Positions 55,358-64,000 of a DNA stretch of 64,000 nucleotides are shown piece after piece. Source of the DNA: Octopus sinensis (Eukaryota); assembly GCF_006345805.1 (NCBI RefSeq), contig NC_042999.1, positions 147,436,001 to 147,500,000 of the forward strand. The letters are read 5' to 3'. The translations under genes were made by a program, and so were the position numbers. The notes under the pieces were generated by a model that saw nothing but the letters and a program-made list of their open reading frames with translations, was not told where the DNA came from and made no database searches. Position 1 is the stretch's first letter, and each line of letters starts with the position of its first letter.

Positions 55358-56185
55358 GCACTTAATGGGAAATACTGGACTAAACTAAATGCAAAAGAAA
55401 TAGACAGAGAAAAATCCCAGCAGAGGTTGGGAAGCTCAGGATTCAAAGCAGGGACTGAAGGATTTTTAATTACAGCACAAGACCAAAGCCTCCCCAAAAG
55501 AAATTGCGAAAAACATATAATGAAACGAAACATAACATGTAACTGCAGAATATGTGGAGATGGACAAGAAACAATAATTATATTTTCTGTGGCTGCCCAG
55601 TCCTGGCTAAGAAGAATATATTCACAGACACGACAGAGTTGGGACCTACATACACTGGAACCTATGCCAAAACTATGGAATAACAACATAGAAAGATGGT
55701 ATAAGCACACGCCAGAAACGGTCACAGAAAACGAGAAATCAACCATACTTTGGGATATGCCAATACACACAGATACAGAAATTAACACCAATAGGCCAGA
55801 TATAGTTATCAGAGATCATGAAGGAAAACAATACTTTCTAATTGAGGAATTAATACCAGCAGATGACAACGTTTTGTTAAAAGAAATGGAAACTTTCAAA
55901 ATACAAAAACCTGGAAATAGAGGTAACTCGAATGTGGAATCCAAAAACAGAAGCAATTCCAATCATAGTTGGCGCATTAGGTATGATAAAAAATCTTCAG
56001 ACAAATACATAACAAAAACACCGGGACTTACAAATATATATAACAAACAGACAATTGCATTACTGGACACTGCACACATTCTACGCAAAGCACTTTCAAT
56101 ACAGTAACTATAAGAGCATCACAGCAAACCACAGCACATACCCATGGCACACAGAGCTGGGCTCAGTAGTGAAGTGAAAGCACGC

Positions 56186-56188
<3 letters not shown>
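55356..56188 (+). mobile_element. 5'-truncated R4/Dong-like LINE (Zn knuckle, RLE, 3'UTR)
   Basis: TEGFLITAQDQSL..CRICG...ILWDMPIHTD...NRPDIV...TIALLDTAHILRKALSIQ*; lies between (AAT)n arrays. Confidence 0.9.
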
Positions 56189-56228
<40 letters not shown>

Positions 56229-56229
<1 letters not shown>

Positions 56230-58972
56230 AACATGTAAACATGCGTGGTACATTACGATCCATCAACACCAGATCATCCCCGACCCCAAACACTATGTAC
56301 AAAGGAACTACGAAGAAATTAAATGCCACCGATATTATTCAACCCAAGAATAACAATCGAGCGGTACGTACTTTAAACTTACAACACAAAAGGTACGAAA
56401 AACTACACGTGCAAAATAATGTGACAACAGAAATGAACGGACCGGTACCCTACGAAAATGACGACCGTCAAAATAATGGGCCGGACGTTGTTCCTCATGT
56501 CCCGCAAATAAAACCCAAAAGACATAAATGGACACGTGAGGAATACATTTCTATCTTACAAGCATACTTCACAGCAGTGCTCTACCCAAAAAATGAAAAC
56601 ACAACAACACATACATATAAAATATGGAAGGAAAATAATATAAATATAGACTTGGATACAGCGATGAACCCTAATAAATTAGCTAACGGACGAAGATACA
56701 TTCTCAAAGCAAAGAAATATCAGAAATAGAAATAGAACATCTAAAAGAAAAAATACACCAGGAAAATGTAGATAGAAGCCACACAACAATGCCCAATAAT
56801 ATAAACACTGAAACAGTAAAACACAAAGACAAACGTAACATTCCCAACAAACACGATGTAAACAACGAAGGGGAGCCTAATGATTATGATAATATAAAAA
56901 GTAAAATAATCAAAGAACTGAAAACCACAGAGCTCAAAATGGACCACCGACCATACCTCCCAAGAATCAAAATAGACGAAACAACAACACCAATTATAAA
57001 CAGCATAAACCTAGCCGTCAAGGAACTAATAGCCACTGAAACAAAAAGCGATATCACTGAGCTAAATGACTTAATATACGCAGCAGCCACTGCAGCCACA
57101 AAAGAAGCTGGATACTCACTCTAACCCATCCAAACAGGAGTACCACCACCCAAACAAACCCTGTGGATAAATAACATCCAAAGCAAAATACAAAAAATGA
57201 GAAAAGATCTGTCGATTCTTAATGAAATCAGCAGACAATCAACGCTACTGAGCAACAAAAGAAAACAAAAATACTCCGCAAATATAACATCACAGAAAAA
57301 GATTGACCTGAGATAAAAGAAAAACTGAAGCAAGATATCCTTGCCAAAGCACAAAGGATCCGCCGGTACGAGAAACGCCAGCGCTTCTTTGAACAAAACA
57401 AAAAGTTCAACTCCAACCCCAAAAAGTTCTACCAAGAACTTGGCAAAAATAAAATAGAGATCACTGCAGCACCAACGGCAGAAGTGGAAGAATTCTGGAG
57501 AGAAATATGGTCGGCGAACGAACAACCAAAAAAAAGGAGTATCAAAATAACAAACTCGGCATCTGAACAACTTTGGACCCCCATAACAACTGAAGAGGTC
57601 ACCCAGGCACTGCAAAGACTAAGCAACTGGAGGGCACCTGGGCATGACAAGATCCCCAACTTCTGGTTGAAATATCTAACAGAATTGCACAAAAAGCTGG
57701 CTGAAAACTTTAACAACATACTAGCAGAGCCAGAGACAATGCTTGAATGGCTCACGAAGGGGAAAACCATCTTAATTCCCAAATCAAATGAGACAGCAAA
57801 CCCAGAAAACTACAGACCGATAACCTGTCTCCCTACAATGTTCAAGGCATTTACTGCAGTGATATCGCAAAGGTTGAACAAGCACCTGGATGAAAACAAA
57901 CTGTTCCCAGAAGAGCAGAAAGGATGCCGCAAAGGCTCATATGGCTGTAAAGATCAACTAATGATTAATAAAGCCATAACGGAAGACAGCCATAGAAAGA
58001 AGAAAGGCCTCAGTATGGCCTGGATCGACTACAAAAAGGCGTTTGATAGCTTCCCCCACACATGGATCCTCGAAACACTAGCCATTAACAAAGTAGCACC
58101 AACCAACAATCATAAAATTCATAGGGCACTCTATGAATAAATGGCAAACAGTGCTACAGCTCCAAACAAAAGAAGGACTCATGAAAACCAAAGACATCCC
58201 CATTAGAAGAGGAATATTCCAGGGAGACACGCTCTCTCCACTCCTTTTCTGCTTCGAACTGTCACCTCTATCTGATATGCTAAATAGAACTGGATGCGGA
58301 TATAAATGTTACGGCAAAACGATCAGCCACCTTTTATATATGGATGCCCTAAAACTATAAGCTGCAATGACAAACAGCTGGAAACACTATTAAAGACAGT
58401 TCATGGATTTACCAAAGAAATAGATATGAAATTTGGATTAGAAAAATGCGCCAAAGTAACCATGAAAAGAGGAAAACTAGTTAAGAGTAGCAACATCACA
58501 CTAGATAAAACCAATGAAATAAAAGAATTAGACCAAAGCCAAACTTACAAATACTTAGGAATCCATGAACTAGATAAGACACAACACACACAAATGAAAG
58601 AGAAAATAAAAAAAGAATATTATAGACGAGTTAGATCAATACTAAAAACAGAGCTCAATGCTAAAAACAAGATAATAGGTATTAACACTTTAGCTGTCCC
58701 AGTTATAAGTTACAGCTACACTTAACTGGACACTAAATGAACTGACCAAAATAGATAGGAAAACAAGAAAAATAATGACAGGGTCTAGGATGCATCACCC
58801 AAAATCTGACATAGAAAGACTATATATACAACGTATAGAAGGTGGTAGAGGCCTTATACAACTGGAAAACTACTATAAAATAACCACTATAGGACTGCAA
58901 AAATATCTATTTCAGAAGGAAGGAAAACTGATACAAATAGCGGCAAAACACGAGCAAAACAAAAAACTGTGC
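56229..58972 (+). mobile_element. 3'-truncated R4/Dong-like LINE (N-terminus and RT), frameshifted
   Basis: RHKWTREEY; WRAPGHDKI; YRPITCLPT; EEQKGC; WIDYKKAFDS; GIFQGDTLSPLLF; LLYMDA (YMDD decayed); YKYLGI; GGRGL. Confidence 0.92.
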
Positions 58973-59437
58973 TAGTTGGGTGTGGTGGTGTGTGGTGTGG
59001 TGGTGTGGTGGTGTGTTGAGTGATGGTGTAGTATGCCGGTGGCGTTGGGGTGTGGTGGAGGCGAGAGTGGGGAAAGCAAGACTGGGGTGTAAGGGGTGGG
59101 TGGGATATAAACAAATAAATAGCAGCGATTAAGAAACAGGATGCAACTACATGAAGCAGAGGGTTCCTGTCTTACTCTTCCTTTGTCCTTCCTCCCCCAC
59201 ACACCAGAGCAACGACTTTTCATTCCACGGCTTTTTCCAAATCTTCTATGGAAGACGCTATAAACCCCAAATATAAAAATACAAGGTAGACCTGCGACTT
59301 TGCTTTGTTTTCTTTTTATTTATATTTTGTAGTTTGCTTCTTATCTATTCCCATTTTTCTGCCATTGTACAAAAAAAATTCATTTAAGTTTATACCATGC
59401 CAAAACCAAAACACGTCCTTATATATATATAATATAT

Positions 59438-59503
<66 letters not shown>

Positions 59504-59639
59504 TACATACATACAATAATACGTACATACATACATATACATGTATGTATATATATACACATAAATTTGCATTCATATACATATATATATGTATATATAC
59601 ACACATATACCCACACATACATACATATATATATATTTA

Positions 59640-59725
59640 CCTTTATTTTATTTTATCTAGTTTCAGCACATGAGCTGTGGCCATGCTGGGGCACCACACA
59701 CCACCATACCACACCACAGCACACC

Positions 59726-59728
<3 letters not shown>
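59640..59728 (-). mobile_element. CR1/L2-like LINE tail split by a (TGGTG)n tract
   Basis: Minus strand ggcggtg-(tggtg)n-ccccagcatggccacagctcatgtgctgaaactagataaaa. Confidence 0.65.
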
Positions 59729-59761
<33 letters not shown>

Positions 59762-59899
59762 AGAAAAGATCGTGGGTAAGGCCGACGCAATGTGAAGTAA
59801 ATGCAAGGTGAATCACAAGAAAACAAATATGTGAATTAATGTAGACTTACCTTGTATTCAATATTTCGGGGTTATGAGCAGATTTTCAAGAAATTGACG

Positions 59900-60100
59900 A
59901 ATGTTGCCGATGTGCGTGTATGTGGAAACATGCAGGCAGACACTTCCGTGAAGAAACAGCTATAGAAATGCCAGACCCGGGAATTCACAGGGCACCTGAT
60001 GGCAGCACAACGGAACAAAGCAACCTTAGAATCTCTGAGGCCATCCTCATACACCAAAAGAAACCGAAAATCACAATAGAAGGGACTTAGAGAAAGTTAG
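59900..60100 (+). mobile_element. Possible PLE GIY-YIG C-terminal relic
   Basis: LRISEAILIHQKKPKI resembles the PLE endonuclease end. Confidence 0.4.
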
Positions 60101-60227
60101 CTGCAAGACTTTATAAGATTTGCCCCAGCATGGCAGCAGTCCAGTTAACGGAATTAGCAAAATATACAATGAACATTATAGTGTAGAGAAAGTCACATCT
60201 TCAAAGCTTATATTCCTTTATATATAA

Positions 60228-60272
<45 letters not shown>

Positions 60273-61099
60273 ATATATCGTGATTCTTTCTTATATATAT
60301 GTTTTAGCTGCCAACGCTGAGTAGTATGCAGGTGTAAATTTTTTCAAAGTATTTTGTAAATATATTTTGCAAATATTTCTATTGCAATGCTCCTGTGTAA
60401 ACAATATTTTTTCCTAAATATCTGATGAGAGAAAAATATGATGTTAAGTGTACGTGAGTTGGTATTAATTCACGTTTGTGATGAAATCGATATAGGTATA
60501 GTCAATATAAAATGCCGTATGTTGATTTTGAAAGGAAATAGGGCTTTCAATAATGTTTTAAAATTTGGAAGGATTTGTTTAAACTGAAAATGAGCTGGCA
60601 TAATAAGGAGATAAATTACAGCAAACAAGCTGTAATGGTATTTTGACGTCTTACCGTAGTTTCGTATTTTTTTGTTTTCATTGTTATATTTTAATACATA
60701 TATTTGCATTGCGTGCTATCACTGCATTCGCAAACACATCCCTGTTCGCTTTGGGTATGTGCGGTGTTTGGTTCTGATCTTATATTTCTGTTTTATTGAT
60801 ATTCCTCTACTTTAATATATGAGCAGTTCCTAGTAGGCCCCTTTACTCTAGGTTATGCATGATTGTAAACCCATAGGTTTCCTCATATATTTTGTTGCAT
60901 GGATTTTACATTATAGCACGTATTACTTCATAAATTAATTCCGTTTTCATTTCCCACTTTCTGGTTGTCTCTCTGTCCTGGTCTGTAAATTCAGATAACA
61001 ACTCAGGTTACCTTTATTGATATATTATCGCATTTGACAATGACACTGCTTTTGGTTGGCATGACCTGCAATTGTGGTCCTAGATAAAAAAATAAAAGA

Positions 61100-64000
61100 T
61101 AAATTAACCTCTTTGCTTGTATAAATTATTATATTTCAACGTCTAACTATATAAGCTTCGTTATTCTGTGTCTCAGTTTTGCAATATGTCTCTGCTATTG
61201 TTTCATGAGATTTGTATGATTTGCAGTGTACGAGAGCTCAACTGATCTATGCCTTAGTTTTATACTCTCTCCTAGTTAAGTGTGGTCAGCCAAGTGTATT
61301 AATGTTAGCTGCTTCTGTCCAACCGCCATATATCAACAAATAAATATTATATTTTGCTTCATGAAATATTTTTGGGAACTCTCAGATGGGATGACTCTGA
61401 TTCTGTAACGAAACCCTCATCTTAGTTGTAAACCATCACTCCAAATCTAGTTTGGAATATTGCACCACTTCTATTTTTCTTCCCATATATTTAATCTAGT
61501 ATTGTACGCATCCATTTTTAGTTTAGTGTTTAGCCATACAAAATTTCTACCGTTGCATCGCCTTTCTCTCCACAATTGTCTGCCGTTTTAGTTTCCGTTT
61601 TTTAATATTCCTTGGACTTCTTGAAATAGAAACCAATTTGTTTCTGTTTTGTTCGCAATTTGTAGCTGTTTGTATTAGATGTTATTTATTCGGTTTAAAA
61701 TATAATTTTGTAGTCCTACAGCCGATAATTTGAAATAGATTTTAAGGTGCATAAGAACCCTTCTAGCGATAATTGTTATAATCATGTTTCAGATTTGATA
61801 TTGTGCATTCTAAATGAAGTCGTTAGTTTTATTCTTTCTCCGTTTAGACTTCCAACTTCATTTAGTATCTAATTGAGAATATGTGTATGAGTATGCGTGC
61901 ATGGGTATGTATGAGTATGCGTGCATGGGTGTGTGTGCGTGTCAGTATATCTGTGTTTCTGTGCATCTGTATCATTACTGGTATTGCTAGTGTAGTGTTG
62001 ACTATTATTTTTTGGTACTGATATAGAAAATATTCCTTTCATTGATCTCTTTCATTTGTCTATCCCATACACTCTGTATTAAGTTGGTTCATGCTGGTTT
62101 GTCTATCTACAGTTGATATGATTCTCTAATCTATGTTCCTTTATTTAGCATATCAGTGACATTAATTCATTATTCTCTAAGTGTACTTCTCCCGTAAATC
62201 TGTATCTAGCCTTTGTAGTGGTATCTCGATATTTATTCCCTGCATCATACAAAGTTTATTTACTTACAAAATAAGACTGAATACTATGTTGTAGTTTTTG
62301 TAACAGAGGCCAACTTTGATTAATATGTTACTTACAGGTGTTTATATTTTTATTATTACTTGTATGAATCTGCAGAATTGCTTGCCATTTAAATATGATG
62401 TTTAATGTCCCGTATATTGCCAAACGTGCCACGCTGCCGCTATCGATAGTAGGTCTGGCATAGCGCTTAGCAGCAAGTCACCCATCTTTAAGTTCTTAGA
62501 TCAAATTGCGATGGGGTCTACATTGCTTTTCAGCCTGTCGAAAATTAAGTACCTGTTAAGTACTGGTGTCAATATTATCGACTTCGCTCTCCCCTAAAAA
62601 AACTGCTGGTCTTGTGCCAAATTTGAAACCATCATTGATAATACTCTGCAGTTGTTTGCAGCCTATCAAACTCTTGTGTAGGAAAGCTGGGCAAAAGCCT
62701 TTTTGTAGTATATCCAAGATAGGTTTAATCCGTTTCTTCTATTTTTTTTAATGTTCAGTTATGGCTTTCTAAAGTAGTAATTGATATTTACATCCATTTG
62801 AGAAACGTTAGCATTCATCTTGCCTTCTGCTAAAAACAATTTTCTCCCAAGTATATTTTCTCAGCAATATGTCCTAGTAAGTTATATAAAGGCAGGTGCA
62901 TGTTATAGATCTGTATGTTAACTGTTATACTTGAAGATGGTGCATCCTTCAGTGGGACGGTTTCGATTAGTTTCAAGTTTCAACAGCACTTTATGTTACA
63001 TTTTCGTCTGTACTTTAGTGTATCGGTTAAATAGATATTACCGAAATGGTCTTCTTGCCTCCTGTTTGTTTATTTGTTCACTGCGTCTGGGTTGCGTTGG
63101 CTGTTATGTTCATACAACTTTGTTGAGGTCCTGTGTCAGTTAACTCGTACAACCCACACATTTCTTAATGTAACCCACCATCCTTCATACTCCTGTTTAT
63201 AAATTCATTCATTCCATTGCTTTCGGTGATGCATTAACTTAAAATTTATTTCTATTTTCTGTTTCATAGAATCCTTTGGGGTGTGTTATGTTCGTTTTCT
63301 TCAATAGAATGCTTCTTCTATTTCATACCAAAGATTTTTATTTTCTAAATCATCGAAGATCTATCTAGCCAGAAGTTATTCAATTTCACTTGATGCTTAT
63401 TTTTTGCTGTTTTTGAAGAATTTATGTTTAGTTTCAGTTGTGACGACCGTTATTGAGTTCATTAAGAATTGAAAAGATTTTTCTGTTTATTCGTTTTTCA
63501 AGTTTTTTCTCATTGGTTTTCTTATTTTTGAATGAACAGATCTGAAGAAGAGCTTCTCCTTAAACTACAATCTTTGTTGCATATGTTATTTGCTTTAACT
63601 TAGTGGTATTGACATCTGAATGTAGTTTCATTAAGTAATTAAGGTTAGCGTTGTTTAAAGTTATTGCTATTTTACAAATGTGATTTTTCTTAGGGGGTAC
63701 CTTCGTCAGTAACTAGGAAGATGTATTGATTTTAATACTCTAATTAGATTCTCATGTAAATTTTTCCTATCTCTTGTACAACCTATTCTGAAATATTCCT
63801 AATAGTTATTTTTCATTATATTTTTTGTCTGTGTTGTTAGTTATGATTTGTTTTACACTGGTTACATTTTCCATGTGTGTTTTCTTGTTTTCTATTGTGT
63901 TTTATTGTTTAGATTCTTTTGCACACGCCGTCCATGATTTATGCCCTCCGTTTCAAGTTCTTAGTTTTACTTGGATTTTCATTTTATACGGTTCTTGTTT
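61100..64000 (-). mobile_element. Long, heavily decayed retroelement, possibly Penelope-like
   Basis: Strong A-rich bias on the minus strand with scattered remnants (GESIKLRHR); no intact motif. Confidence 0.3.

Noticed and set aside
60415-60500. CTGATGA...GAAATCGATA hammerhead candidate
   Set aside because: Stem I and the base of stem II are unpaired; at best a heavily eroded relic

Overview
AT-rich, gene-poor animal DNA. The SINE families, microsatellite load and retroelement mix look like an octopus/cephalopod genome (inferred from recognisable repeats, not verified). I found no host protein-coding exon. Most ORFs in the track are translations of (TA)n, (TACA)n, (CA)n, (GATA)n and (AAT)n repeats. 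The window is a patchwork of mobile DNA: Penelope-like elements (a Naiad-type GIY-YIG element with ~970-bp inverted pLTRs, a Neptune-type fragment and decayed relics), type I hammerhead ribozymes inside fold-back structures at (TA)n tracts, R4/Dong-like LINEs and a ~560-bp non-coding element confined to (AAT)n, CR1/L2-like LINE 3' fragments, two abundant tRNA-derived SINE families, a bipartite RTE derivative, two Helitrons, Tc1/mariner relics and a Gypsy fragment. The three most notable observations are: (i) an unspliced, intron-containing pre-tRNA-Lys(UUU) retrotransposed together with a SINE dimer inside one 17-bp TSD; (ii) a recurring 'fold-back plus one-sided tail in (TA)n' architecture that often carries hammerhead ribozymes, including a three-copy CCGAAGA variant; (iii) partitioning of retroelement families between TA and AAT microsatellites.
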